Shown here: positions 1-9,224 of the stretch, in pieces
How positions within the stretch are numbered: the first letter of the stretch is position 1
Layout: the number at the start of each line of letters is the position of its first letter
Origin: a virus
Virus record (IMG/VR): IMGVR_UViG_3300017917_001839
Span: 1 to 64,000 of that record
Direction: 5' to 3' (one strand)
DNA: 64,000 nucleotides
Notes under the pieces: model-generated
Told to the model about the DNA's origin: nothing
The model's database searches: none
What the model saw: only the letters and a program-made list of their open reading frames with translations
Program-made: the position numbers and the translations under genes

Positions 1-365
1 AACTCTTCGTTGTATCCAACATTAATAAATTGCTTAAGACAACATGCGATATTCAAACTACGTAAAATATCGTCAAACTTTTTGCGACTAATCATATAAA
101 CCTTATCTGATCTATTAATTAATCGCTTTAATAATTCGGCGCCGTTGGGTAAACGAAGAACATCTGAAGGATGGCACTTAACCACAGCCATTGGCATTGC
201 TTTTGTGTCGTCCATTAATGTTTTGCAAAATTTATCTACGAATTCCGGTGTATGACTTGATTGGTCGCCGAACACATCTCCATAATACTCTAGCCTGCAA
301 TCGCGGGCAAGGTCCAAACTAAATCGTGAACTTCCTGATCTATAATTATTCAATACAAGATGCAT
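1..365 (-). CDS. sulfotransferase-like protein (partial, runs off window start)
   Basis: Hand-translated open frame MHLVLNNYRSGSSRFSLDLA...; RSGSS resembles the 5'-PSB motif of sulfotransferases. Not in the ORF track because it is truncated. Confidence 0.45.
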   Translation of the reverse strand, partial: MHLVLNNYRSGSSRFSLDLARDCRLEYYGDVFGDQSSHTPEFVDKFCKTLMDDTKAMPMAVVKCHPSDVLRLPNGAELLKRLINRSDKVYMISRKKFDDILRSLNIACCLKQFINVGYNEE

Positions 366-366
366 A

Positions 367-966
367 TTAATCGCTCAATGTAAAATTACAGCATAGCACT
401 ACAGAATCTATCATGCTATTGTTTGGTGTGAATCCCCATGGAATATGTGCCGGAAAGAACACTATTTTGTTTTTTTCCGGTTTAATATAGTGTGTCATTT
501 CCTGAACATTTGGGGGAGTATTGTGTAACTTAGAGCTATGTAAGTCTAAGTATAAAGAACTACCATTGTCAACTGTTTGTAAAAATAATACGCATTGGTA
601 CCAACGAACCTTTTCAACGTTCTGTGGGATCATACCATTTGGCTTTATTCCATACAACCAGATATCAGGTATTTCCATTTTTCTGTTTTTGTTCTTAAAC
701 CTGAAATGTGTAACTGCATTTTCAAAAAACATACCACCAACATATTGGCTAGCCTTTACAATATTCTTGCCCAGTTGTGGTTGTTTTGCGTGTTTATTAG
801 TTGTCCAACCAAATACTGTATCAGTATAGTTACCATTTCGTTTTAAAACTTCTACATCATTAATAATAGATCGAGTTATTTCAGGAGTAAGTTGTGCTGT
901 TCCTTCAAACACCCACTCAGGAAAAACAGGATAACTTGATAATGTTGTTGGTGTTGTTATTTTCAT
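367..966 (-). CDS. 2OG-Fe(II) oxygenase-like (TIGR02466-like) protein, metal ligands apparently degenerate
   Basis: W..GIKPNG, 'IVFFPAHIPWGFTPN...CCNF' follow the family layout, but the expected His ligands are missing. Confidence 0.5.
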   Translation of the reverse strand: MKITTPTTLSSYPVFPEWVFEGTAQLTPEITRSIINDVEVLKRNGNYTDTVFGWTTNKHAKQPQLGKNIVKASQYVGGMFFENAVTHFRFKNKNRKMEIPDIWLYGIKPNGMIPQNVEKVRWYQCVLFLQTVDNGSSLYLDLHSSKLHNTPPNVQEMTHYIKPEKNKIVFFPAHIPWGFTPNNSMIDSVVLCCNFTLSD

Positions 967-984
967 CGTAATCCTAAATTTTGG

Positions 985-1013
985 TTGACAAACTATTTAA
1001 TACATTATATAAT
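985..1013 (+). promoter_or_regulatory. sigma70-type promoter
   Basis: TTGACA(985-990)-17bp-TATAAT(1008-1013). Confidence 0.7.
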
Positions 1014-1041
1014 GTAATACATAAGGATTTGGATTAGACCT

Positions 1042-1272
1042 ATGAACTCTAAAATTGACAAAACTTTAGTAACGCTGGGTGGTATTGCATTTTTAATCAT
1101 CACAGGGTTTACAGCAGGCTCCTATTATACCATGCACAAAATTACCGAAGTTGGTATTGATTTGCCCGAAGAGCTCGAAACCGATAAGATGGATAAAATT
1201 GAGCAAAAGTGCAAGGATGGGCAAGTAATTAGCATCAAAAAGAAGCAGTATTTCTGCATGCCCATGCGCTAA
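1042..1272 (+). CDS. small membrane-anchored hypothetical protein
   Basis: N-terminal hydrophobic helix, downstream of promoter. Confidence 0.6.
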   Translation: MNSKIDKTLVTLGGIAFLIITGFTAGSYYTMHKITEVGIDLPEELETDKMDKIEQKCKDGQVISIKKKQYFCMPMR

Positions 1273-1368
1273 GTTGTTGATTTACAACAGGTTTTTTTGG
1301 TTTAAAACTGGTTGACAACAGCTCTAATTCTGCTATACTACATATGTAGGATGAGAGTTAAGGAGTGA
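1270..1368 (+). promoter_or_regulatory. early promoter cassette: IHF-consensus site, -35/-10, conserved leader and SD
   Basis: TAAGTTGTTGATT(1270-1282); TTGACA(1312-1317)-16bp-TATACT(1334-1339); leader ATGTAGGATG(1344-1353); AGGAG. Near-identical copies at 27.8 and 28.1 kb. Confidence 0.8.
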
Positions 1369-1371
1369 AGA

Positions 1372-1647
1372 ATGCTTTATACAATTGAAATTTACAAAAC
1401 CGACAAGCGCACCAAAATGGGTCAGCGGCTGGTTGGCAAATACGATTACGATCGCAAGGATCGTGCTAGCATGGAGCGTGAAGTCCAGGCACTTTACCCC
1501 ACTTACAAAACCAAAGACGGTTACATTTTTAACATCGTTGAAACTATGGTGACCCGCACTAATGCAGTGAGCGGCAAGACTTTCCAAGAGCGTTACGACA
1601 CGCCCTACTACTGCTCGCCTAGTTCAGAATCTTATTGGAGCATGTGA
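1372..1647 (+). CDS. phage hypothetical protein
   Basis: Strong AAGGAG RBS; ends YYCSPSSESYWSM. Confidence 0.75.
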   Translation: MLYTIEIYKTDKRTKMGQRLVGKYDYDRKDRASMEREVQALYPTYKTKDGYIFNIVETMVTRTNAVSGKTFQERYDTPYYCSPSSESYWSM

Positions 1648-1649
1648 GC

Positions 1650-2069
1650 ATGACTAAGATTGTATATAATGCCTGTTATGGTGGTTTTGGTCTTTCCGAT
1701 GAGGCTATTATGCGTTACGCTGAAATCAAAGGTATCACGCTGTATCCCTCCGCTAGTCGATTTGGATTAACCATCTACTATCTTTGTCCGCCTGAAGATT
1801 ATGATCGTATCCTTGCTGAAGAAAATAGCAAGCCTATTGGTCCGGGGAGGTATGCTCAGTCAAACGAATTGTATTTTAGTGATCGCGATATTGACAGGGC
1901 CGATCCTGTGTTAGCACAGGTTGTCGAGGAACTAGGCGATCGTGCTAATGGCTCGCACGCCAAGTTGAGGATTGAAGAACTTCCCGCAGGTACATTGTAT
2001 CGTATCGATGAATATGATGGAATCGAATCTGTAATGACTCAAGGTGCTTATGAATGGAAGGTTGCGTAA
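1650..2069 (+). CDS. phage hypothetical protein
   Basis: ORF track 1635..2069, likely ATG at 1650; NACYGGFGLS and RIDEYDG motifs. Confidence 0.75.
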   Translation: MTKIVYNACYGGFGLSDEAIMRYAEIKGITLYPSASRFGLTIYYLCPPEDYDRILAEENSKPIGPGRYAQSNELYFSDRDIDRADPVLAQVVEELGDRANGSHAKLRIEELPAGTLYRIDEYDGIESVMTQGAYEWKVA

Positions 2070-2353
2070 TGTTTCGTATCAATGATAACAAAGGCTTTCA
2101 AATTAAATTTGATAATGGTTACACTGTAAGCGTACAGTTTGGCCCAGGCAACTACGGCAGTAACTATAGCCTAGGATTTGAAGAAATGGGTCGGCCTATG
2201 ATTGCAGCCAGTGCAGAAACTGCCCTAATTGACCCAGACGGTAACTTTGTAGAATACAACGGTGATGACGTACAAGGTCATCGCACATCGAGTGATGTGC
2301 TGGAATTGCTAAACTACGCGGCTGCTCTAAAAGGAACTAAAAATGACGGTTGA
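2069..2353 (+). CDS. phage hypothetical protein
   Basis: TAATG coupling with upstream gene; FDNGYTVSVQFG motif. Confidence 0.7.
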   Translation: MFRINDNKGFQIKFDNGYTVSVQFGPGNYGSNYSLGFEEMGRPMIAASAETALIDPDGNFVEYNGDDVQGHRTSSDVLELLNYAAALKGTKNDG

Positions 2354-2573
2354 ATATAAAGGTAAAGTGTACAACGATCGACACGGCGGTCCTTTTGATC
2401 GCGGCAGTGCCGATAGCTATTATGGTCGCCCATTCAAACCTCACTACTTTGAAGGTGCTACGTATAGCACGCCTGAAGTGATTCCGGCAGAAGGTAGTGA
2501 CGAATACGAAGCCTACGAAGCAGGTTTCATGTATAACGAAATGAACGGTGATAAAAAGGATTGGGGTCGTTAA
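2343..2573 (+). CDS. phage hypothetical protein
   Basis: RBS AAGGA; RHGGPFDRGSADSYYGR motif. Confidence 0.7.
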   Translation: MTVEYKGKVYNDRHGGPFDRGSADSYYGRPFKPHYFEGATYSTPEVIPAEGSDEYEAYEAGFMYNEMNGDKKDWGR

Positions 2574-3178
2574 TAGTGCGAGTAAATAAAAACAAAATTA
2601 TTTTAACTGACGTTGATGGTGTGCTTCTCGACTGGGAAGAAGGTTTTGGCATCTGGATGGAACATCACGGTCATACAATGGTTGATGGCGGTAAGCTAAT
2701 TTATAACATCGGTGACCGCTACAGCATTACTAACGAGCAGGGTAAGCAGTTAATCAAGCAGTTTAACGAAAGTGCCGCTATTGGCTTTTTGCCTCCTGTG
2801 CGTGACGCACAGTACTATGTAAAGTTACTGGCAGAAAAGCATCAGTATCGTTTCCTTGCTGTTACTTCGTTGAGCTTGGATCCGTATGCTAAAAAGTTGC
2901 GAACTCGTAACTTGATGAAGATTTTTGGTAACGACACGTTCATTGATGTTATCTGTTTAGACACTGGTGCCGACAAGGACGAAGTACTTGCAGAACTTGC
3001 ACAGACTTACAAAGGCAACTGGTGGGTTGAAGACAAGCCAGAGAATGTTGATGCAGGCGTTAATGTTGGGTTTAAAGGTGTGCTAGTAGAACATGGTCAT
3101 AACATGGACTACAAGGGCAACGCAATCATTGTCAAAAACTGGGAAGAAATTTATGACGTCATCACCACAAACGTTTGA
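2561..3178 (+). CDS. HAD-superfamily phosphatase / 5'(3')-nucleotidase (T4 30.2-like)
   Basis: DVDGVLLDW motif I and WVEDKPEN motif IV. Confidence 0.8.
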   Translation: MGSLIVRVNKNKIILTDVDGVLLDWEEGFGIWMEHHGHTMVDGGKLIYNIGDRYSITNEQGKQLIKQFNESAAIGFLPPVRDAQYYVKLLAEKHQYRFLAVTSLSLDPYAKKLRTRNLMKIFGNDTFIDVICLDTGADKDEVLAELAQTYKGNWWVEDKPENVDAGVNVGFKGVLVEHGHNMDYKGNAIIVKNWEEIYDVITTNV

Positions 3179-3824
3179 GTTCGCTGTCGCTGATGTTGTT
3201 GCTGCCTCATGTGCAGCCTTTAGGGTCAACGGCTTTGTTAAGCGCGACGACCCCGAAGTTTACGCTAAGACTAAAGTAGCAAACAGCAATATGCTCTATA
3301 CGCATTTTTGCAACGACACTAAGTTGGAAATTTTACCTGTTGACGTAGAAAAAGCAGAGCTGCTAATTGAATATCTTAAGGGTCTTAGCTTTAAGGCATT
3401 CGAACGTACACTCACTAGTTTTGAGACTAACGTTCTCAAGTTTGTAACCAGCGAAAAGGTTGGTAAGGATCTGCTGGGTATTGCAGCCAGTCTGCCCAGC
3501 GTTTACGAACGTAAGCTGGAAGCCGATGCTTGGACTGCCCGCGAAGCAGAACTTGCTAGCACCAGCGAATATGTTGGTACAGTTGGCACCCGGGCCGAGT
3601 TTGAGCTTAAGATTGAGAACGTTAGGTACATCGCAAAGACTGACAGCAGTCTCTACAGTTGCAGTGAAAATGGCAAAAACATTGTGAAGTTCTTTTCTGT
3701 AGAAAAAATGGGCGCGGTTGGAGATACTGTTAAGATTACAGGCTTTATTAAGAACCAAAGCCTTAGCAAGTACAGCTCAGGCAAAGAAACAATGATTAAT
3801 CGTGTAAAGTTGAACAATAAGTAA
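3153..3824 (+). CDS. hypothetical protein with possible C-terminal OB-fold
   Basis: ORF track 3093..3824, likely ATG at 3153; 'SEYVGTVGTRAEFELKI...VGDTVKITGFIK...TMINRVK' beta-rich tail. Confidence 0.55.
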   Translation: MTSSPQTFEFAVADVVAASCAAFRVNGFVKRDDPEVYAKTKVANSNMLYTHFCNDTKLEILPVDVEKAELLIEYLKGLSFKAFERTLTSFETNVLKFVTSEKVGKDLLGIAASLPSVYERKLEADAWTAREAELASTSEYVGTVGTRAEFELKIENVRYIAKTDSSLYSCSENGKNIVKFFSVEKMGAVGDTVKITGFIKNQSLSKYSSGKETMINRVKLNNK

Positions 3825-3837
3825 TTGAACTCCTATT

Positions 3838-3864
3838 AACCCCCGTAGTAATACGGGGGTTTTT
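3838..3864 (+). terminator. intrinsic terminator
   Basis: AACCCCCGTA-GTAA-TACGGGGGTT followed by T run. Confidence 0.85.
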
Positions 3865-3878
3865 CTATCACCTTTTCT

Positions 3879-3887
3879 TGATAAATA
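3879..3887 (+). promoter_or_regulatory. T4-late-like promoter (TAAATA core)
   Basis: TGATAAATA upstream of 3915. The same core precedes genes at 18150, 23486, 24521, 25381 and 31750 (+) and at 994-1000, 27750-27755 and 52648-52656 (-). Confidence 0.55.
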
Positions 3888-3914
3888 GTTATATAACTAG
3901 AAAAGGGGCAGTTT

Positions 3915-4241
3915 ATGTCTGGTGGAAAAAGATTACAAAGTGGTTCACAGTACGATCAATTTGATGTAGACGGCGACGGCATTGTTTCCGATGAGGAAAT
4001 GCTAAAAGCCGAAAAGATGATCGAGCTCGAGAACAAAGATAAAAAAGAAGACCAACTTCGTCAAATGGCTTGGGTAGCTATGCTATCAATGGTTGCATTT
4101 ACAATTGCACTATTCTTGCCTTTCCTCAGCGTCGAGCGTCTAACAGCACTGGATAACCTACTAAGCATGTTCTATATTGCACAGGCTGGTGTTGTTGCAA
4201 CATTCTTTGGTTCACAGGCTTACATGTCAAAGGGCCAATAA
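3915..4241 (+). CDS. small 2-TM membrane protein with EF-hand-like loop (holin-like candidate)
   Basis: DVDGDGIVSDEE loop plus two hydrophobic helices. Confidence 0.55.
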   Translation: MSGGKRLQSGSQYDQFDVDGDGIVSDEEMLKAEKMIELENKDKKEDQLRQMAWVAMLSMVAFTIALFLPFLSVERLTALDNLLSMFYIAQAGVVATFFGSQAYMSKGQ

Positions 4242-4251
4242 GGTAATTTAA

Positions 4252-4560
4252 ATGGCATTTGTTAAACACTTTTGTAGACTATTAACCAATCACGAGCTCA
4301 GCGATGAAGATGTGATTGAATTCTATGATGTAGTGCAAAGCATAGTGCCAACTAAATTGCTAACGGCATATACAAGCGATAATCAAGAAGTGGTCAGTGT
4401 AGAGGTAATAGCCTACACTGACCCAGATAGCTCTTCACAAAATGTGTATGAAATATTACTGGAAGGTGATATTTCGCCCGAAGAAGGCGATGCTATCTCA
4501 AACGAGCTATTAAACTCATTTGAGTTTGACTTCGATTTCGAAGCAAGCATAGAGATATAA
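4252..4560 (+). CDS. acidic hypothetical protein
   Basis: ORF with RBS TAAGGT. Confidence 0.6.
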   Translation: MAFVKHFCRLLTNHELSDEDVIEFYDVVQSIVPTKLLTAYTSDNQEVVSVEVIAYTDPDSSSQNVYEILLEGDISPEEGDAISNELLNSFEFDFDFEASIEI

Positions 4561-4561
4561 T

Positions 4562-5872
4562 ATGACTATAACATCATACAATCACCCTTACGGCGAACAT
4601 TTAAATAACCTGCATCATGCGATGGAATACAATGCTGCCGGGCAACCAGTAGTTCGTGTTACTACTTCGCCAGGGCGTTCAACTAATGATGGTGGACGAG
4701 ATGCATTTGGTAGACTACGAGTAGCAACACCACTGACACTGTTTGATGCACAGCAACGATATACAAAAAGGGATGACCTTTTTGCTACGTCAATTACAGG
4801 CACAGGCAGTAGTGTCAATTATCTACCAAACGAAAGTAGCACACAATTAATTGTTGGTACTGATAGTGGCTGTAAAGTAACCAGAGAAACATATCGTGTG
4901 TTTGCTTATCAGCCCGGTAAGAGTTTGCAAACATTAATGACATTTGTTATGGACGAAGGTCAAAATAATCTTGCACAGCGAGTAGGTTACTTCAACGATT
5001 ATAATGGATTATATTTTGCAAATATCAATGGTGTAAATTGTTTCGTAAAGCGTTCGTACATCAACGGATCTGTGCAGGAAACCGTTGTAGAGCAAAGTGA
5101 CTGGAATATTGACCGTGTTGATGGTACATCGGCTAGCGGTGTAAATCTCGATACTACTAAAGCACAAATTTTCTTTATGGATATTGAATGGCTTGGTGTT
5201 GGTATTGTGCGTATGGGATTTGTTATAGACGGTAATTATATATTATGTCATGCGTTTGGACATGCTAATAATATTGATAGCGTTTATATGACCACAGCGT
5301 GTTTGCCTGTTAGATATCAAATTGAAAATACTGGTAACACTGTTGCTAGCAGTTCAATGAAAATGATTTGTTCTACTATAATCAGCGAAGGCGGCTATCA
5401 GCTACGAGGCAGACAACGAGCTGTAGGTAGACCAGTTACTGCTATCATGAATCTACCTACCGCAGGTACATTCTATCCCCTAGTATCAATCAAACTAAAA
5501 GATTCTTCATTGGATGCAATTGCAGTTATTAAAAACATCAGTATGTTAGGTGTTGCTAACAACGGCAAGATGCAGTATAAATTAGTAGCTAACGCAACTA
5601 TCACAGGTGGCAGCTGGGTTGAGGAAGCCGACAGTCATGTTGCATACAATATTACAGCTAACACTATGAGCAACGGTCATACTTTAACCACAGGCTATGT
5701 GGGCATCAATAACCAAAGCGGTCAAACAATCGATTTGAATACTGAAGATTTTGATTACCAGTTAGAACGAAATGGTTTATCAAACACAGCAATAACATAT
5801 ACACTTGCTGTTGCAGCCGCAGCTGATAACGACGATGCTATTGGATCCATTGATTGGGAAGAAGTTTTCTAA
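4562..5872 (+). CDS. beta-rich phage protein, probably virion structural
   Basis: DAFGRLRV..P.TLFD and YQPGKS motifs; Thr/Asn/Gly-rich; in a putative late operon. Confidence 0.5.
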   Translation: MTITSYNHPYGEHLNNLHHAMEYNAAGQPVVRVTTSPGRSTNDGGRDAFGRLRVATPLTLFDAQQRYTKRDDLFATSITGTGSSVNYLPNESSTQLIVGTDSGCKVTRETYRVFAYQPGKSLQTLMTFVMDEGQNNLAQRVGYFNDYNGLYFANINGVNCFVKRSYINGSVQETVVEQSDWNIDRVDGTSASGVNLDTTKAQIFFMDIEWLGVGIVRMGFVIDGNYILCHAFGHANNIDSVYMTTACLPVRYQIENTGNTVASSSMKMICSTIISEGGYQLRGRQRAVGRPVTAIMNLPTAGTFYPLVSIKLKDSSLDAIAVIKNISMLGVANNGKMQYKLVANATITGGSWVEEADSHVAYNITANTMSNGHTLTTGYVGINNQSGQTIDLNTEDFDYQLERNGLSNTAITYTLAVAAAADNDDAIGSIDWEEVF

Positions 5873-5875
5873 ACA

Positions 5876-6079
5876 ATGAGAGTTGAAGTTCATTTTATTG
5901 GCAACCAATTCGTTGCTTATGATGAACGCGGCAATCAAATACGAGATCGTTACATTCTAGATCAAATAAGTTTTGGTCAATACCCCGGATTCAAAACTTC
6001 CTACTATGTTGAAGTTGCCGAGAATCCTAGTCCCCAAATCCCACTAAACATATATATTAACACAAACACAACGAGGTAA
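5876..6079 (+). CDS. hypothetical protein
   Basis: In-operon ORF. Confidence 0.55.
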   Translation: MRVEVHFIGNQFVAYDERGNQIRDRYILDQISFGQYPGFKTSYYVEVAENPSPQIPLNIYINTNTTR

Positions 6080-6081
6080 AA

Positions 6082-6345
6082 ATGGCTTATAATAGAATTT
6101 TTAATGCTGAAGAAAAAGCACGCCTTAAGAGACTAATCGACGAAGGCTGTCAAGTTCAGTATGAAATTGAAACCTTAAAGGAAGGTCTCAGCGAAACAGT
6201 AAAGGCTATCGCTGAAGAGATGGACGTTAAAGCCGCTACACTTAACAAAGCCATTAAGGTAGCACACAAGGCCAAGTTTGGTGAAGAGCGCGACAAGTTT
6301 GACGAGCTCGAGACTATCCTTGAAGCTGTTGGTAAAACGCTTTAA
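6082..6345 (+). CDS. T4 DsbA-like dsDNA-binding protein
   Basis: 87-aa helical protein, 'KAIAEEMDVKAATLNKAIKVAHKAKF.EE...ELETILEAV' pattern. Confidence 0.65.
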   Translation: MAYNRIFNAEEKARLKRLIDEGCQVQYEIETLKEGLSETVKAIAEEMDVKAATLNKAIKVAHKAKFGEERDKFDELETILEAVGKTL

Positions 6346-6352
6346 TAATCAC

Positions 6353-6391
6353 AGGGAGGTACTTGACTACCTCCCTATTTTAATATATAAT
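6353..6391 (+). promoter_or_regulatory. terminator-like hairpin overlapping the DNA polymerase sigma70 promoter
   Basis: AGGGAGGTA-CTTGAC-TACCTCCCT then ATTTT; TTGACT(6363-6368)-17bp-TATAAT(6386-6391). Confidence 0.7.
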
Positions 6392-6437
6392 ACATTGGTA
6401 GTGCGTCAGCCGCAAATGATGCTTGGAGAAAATTTAA

Positions 6438-9152
6438 ATGAGTTATGTGGATGCCTTTCACCACAAAGACAAGGATATTGTTTACGTCGTTGAACGAGTA
6501 AACGGTCAAAGAGTTCTAGTAGAACACAAGCCAGAATACAATTTTTATGTTGCAGATCCTCGCGGTAGTCATCGCAGTATCTATGGCGAGCCGGTAGCAG
6601 AAATTCGCTGCCGCGGAGTCAAAGACTTCCGCAAAAATGTTGCTATTAATAGGTCAAACAAAACCTATGAAAGCGATATCAAGCCAATCAACAAAACTAT
6701 TGCCAAGCACTATAACGGTGCCGAAACCCCAAAGCTACAAACTGCATTCTTCGATATTGAGGTGGACTTTGATCCACAGCGTGGTTACGCAAGTCCCGAA
6801 GAAGCATTTATGCCAGTAACTGCTATTGGCGTATACTTAGATTGGTTAGACACAATGGTGTGTCTTGCTGTTCCGCCAAAGACATTAAGTTGGGAACAAG
6901 CCCAAAGCATTGCCAGCAATCTTCCGGGTGTGCTACTATTCAAAACAGAAAAAGAAATGCTAGAAGTATTTCTTACGCTAATTGAAGACGCAGATATTCT
7001 CAGTGGATGGAACAGTGAGGGCTACGATATTCCGTACATTGTTCACCGCATCATTAAAGCACTTAGCAAAAATGAAACTCGTAGACTATGCCTTTGGGAC
7101 CAGTATCCCAAGGAACGTACATACGAAGCATTTGGCAGTGAGCGTGTAACATACGACTTGATTGGTCGTGTACACTTAGACTACATGCAACTGTATCGCA
7201 AGTACAACTACGAAGAGCGTCACAGTTACAGACTAGATTACATTGCCGAAATGGAACTAGGTGAACGCAAGGTTCCATACGAAGGTAGCTTGGATCGCTT
7301 ATACAATCATGACTTTGAAAAGTTCTTAGAATATAACATTCAAGATACTATGCTGTTGGGCAAGATGGATAAGAAGCTACAGTTCATCGATCTTGCTAAT
7401 ACAATTGCACATGATAACACTGTGCTGTTGCCCACAACAATGGGCGCGGTTGCTACCACTGAGCAAGCCATCATTAATGAAGCGCATCGCAGAGGATTCG
7501 TAGTACCTGATCGCAAGCGCGAAGAAAATTCAGATACGCAAGCAGCCGGTGCTTACGTAGCTTTCCCTAAAAAAGGCTACCACGAATGGGTAGGTAGCAT
7601 GGACATTAACAGTCTGTATCCATCTGTATTCCGTGCGCTAAACATGGCTGCTGAAACTATTGTTGGGCAGGTTCGCCTAGAGTACACAGAAAAAGAAATT
7701 CGCGACAAGACCACAGGGCGTTGGTGCGATGAAGATGGCTTGCCGCAAAAGGCTGTTAGCTTTGCTGACGCTTGGTTAGGTAAGTTTGCTTGTAACGAGT
7801 ATGAACTCATTATGCGCAAAGATACTAACACAGTATTACACTTAGACATGGAAGATGGTAAAACCATCGACTGCACCGGTGCCGACATTTACAATTTGAT
7901 CTTCCATAGCGGTCAACCATGGAACATCAGTGCTAATGGCACTATCTTTAAAACAGACTTCCAGGGCATTGTCCCAGGTTTGCTTGAACGTTGGTACAGT
8001 GAACGTAAAGAACTACAGGCTAAAAAGAAAGACGCTACTACACCAGAAGAAAAGGCGTTCTGGGACAAGCGACAGCTGGTTAAGAAGATTAACTTGAACA
8101 GCTTGTACGGCGCTATTCTTAACCCGGGTTGCCGCTTCTTTGATAAGCGTATTGGTCAGAGTACAACACTAACAGGCCGAAGCATTACACGTTTCATGGC
8201 TGCTAAGACCAACGAACTACTCACAGGCGAATATGATCACGTAGGAGATTGTATCATTTATGGCGACACTGACTCTGTATACTTTACCGCTGTACCTGCA
8301 TTACCTGCTGGCAGCGAATTAGATTTAGAAGGCGCTGTAAAACTATACGACCATATCAGTGATACTGTTAGTGATGCGTTTCCTAACTTCTTGAAGGAAG
8401 CATTTAATGTTCCGTTACAAAATGGTAAGGTACTAAAGGCAGGACGAGAAGTCGTTGGACGAGCAGGGCTGTTTATCACTAAGAAGCGTTATGCTATTAA
8501 CTGTTGGGACATCGAAGGTTATCAACCAGAAGGTGGTAAGCTCAAGATCATGGGTATGGAAATCAAGCGCAGTGACACGCCCGAATTTGTACAGGACTTC
8601 CTAGAAGAAGTTCTCAATGATGCACTAAGCGGCAAAACTGAAAACGAAGTTATTGAAAAGATCCGTGCATTTAAGAAAGAATTCCAAAGCATTGAGCCTT
8701 GGAAGAAGGGCATGCCTAAACGTGTTAACAATCTTACTGCATACACAAAGAAGATTGAAAAAGCCAAGCACCTTGATAACAATCTAAAAATTAAAAGGCT
8801 ACACGACCTCAAAGAAGAATCCAGCAGTAACACTATCCCAGGTCACGTTAGAGCCAGTATCAACTGGAACGAACTTAAACAAGCAAATGGCGACCAATAC
8901 AGTATGAGCATTACTGATGGCGCCAAGGTTATTGTTTGCAGATTGAAAAGTAATCCTATGGGATATAGCAGTATTGCTTACCCAACAGACGAACTTAATC
9001 TTCCACAATGGTTCAAAGAACTGCCATTTGACGAAGCTGATATGGAAACCGCAGTGCTTGATAAAAAGGTGCAGAACGTTCTAGGTCAGATGGGTTGGGA
9101 AATTGATCGTGCCAACGAGAGCGAAGCACTACAAGAGTTCTTTGAATTCTAA
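6438..9152 (+). CDS. family B DNA polymerase (gp43-like)
   Basis: Exonuclease DIEV and GWNSEGYDIPY; polymerase motifs DINSLYPS, KINLNSLYG, YGDTDS, KKRYA. Confidence 0.97.
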   Translation: MSYVDAFHHKDKDIVYVVERVNGQRVLVEHKPEYNFYVADPRGSHRSIYGEPVAEIRCRGVKDFRKNVAINRSNKTYESDIKPINKTIAKHYNGAETPKLQTAFFDIEVDFDPQRGYASPEEAFMPVTAIGVYLDWLDTMVCLAVPPKTLSWEQAQSIASNLPGVLLFKTEKEMLEVFLTLIEDADILSGWNSEGYDIPYIVHRIIKALSKNETRRLCLWDQYPKERTYEAFGSERVTYDLIGRVHLDYMQLYRKYNYEERHSYRLDYIAEMELGERKVPYEGSLDRLYNHDFEKFLEYNIQDTMLLGKMDKKLQFIDLANTIAHDNTVLLPTTMGAVATTEQAIINEAHRRGFVVPDRKREENSDTQAAGAYVAFPKKGYHEWVGSMDINSLYPSVFRALNMAAETIVGQVRLEYTEKEIRDKTTGRWCDEDGLPQKAVSFADAWLGKFACNEYELIMRKDTNTVLHLDMEDGKTIDCTGADIYNLIFHSGQPWNISANGTIFKTDFQGIVPGLLERWYSERKELQAKKKDATTPEEKAFWDKRQLVKKINLNSLYGAILNPGCRFFDKRIGQSTTLTGRSITRFMAAKTNELLTGEYDHVGDCIIYGDTDSVYFTAVPALPAGSELDLEGAVKLYDHISDTVSDAFPNFLKEAFNVPLQNGKVLKAGREVVGRAGLFITKKRYAINCWDIEGYQPEGGKLKIMGMEIKRSDTPEFVQDFLEEVLNDALSGKTENEVIEKIRAFKKEFQSIEPWKKGMPKRVNNLTAYTKKIEKAKHLDNNLKIKRLHDLKEESSSNTIPGHVRASINWNELKQANGDQYSMSITDGAKVIVCRLKSNPMGYSSIAYPTDELNLPQWFKELPFDEADMETAVLDKKVQNVLGQMGWEIDRANESEALQEFFEF

Positions 9153-9171
9153 AAAAATCAAAAAAATAGAC

Positions 9172-9200
9172 TTGACAAATCTAAATATATCATATAAACT
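9172..9200 (+). promoter_or_regulatory. sigma70-type promoter
   Basis: TTGACA(9172-9177)-17bp-TAAACT(9195-9200). Confidence 0.6.
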
Positions 9201-9224
9201 TAAACATTATAACAGGAGCATTCT

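Noticed and set aside
6438-9152. Intein or intron in the polymerase
   Set aside because: Continuous ORF; the insertion after DINSLYPS lacks intein terminal motifs and LAGLIDADG signatures
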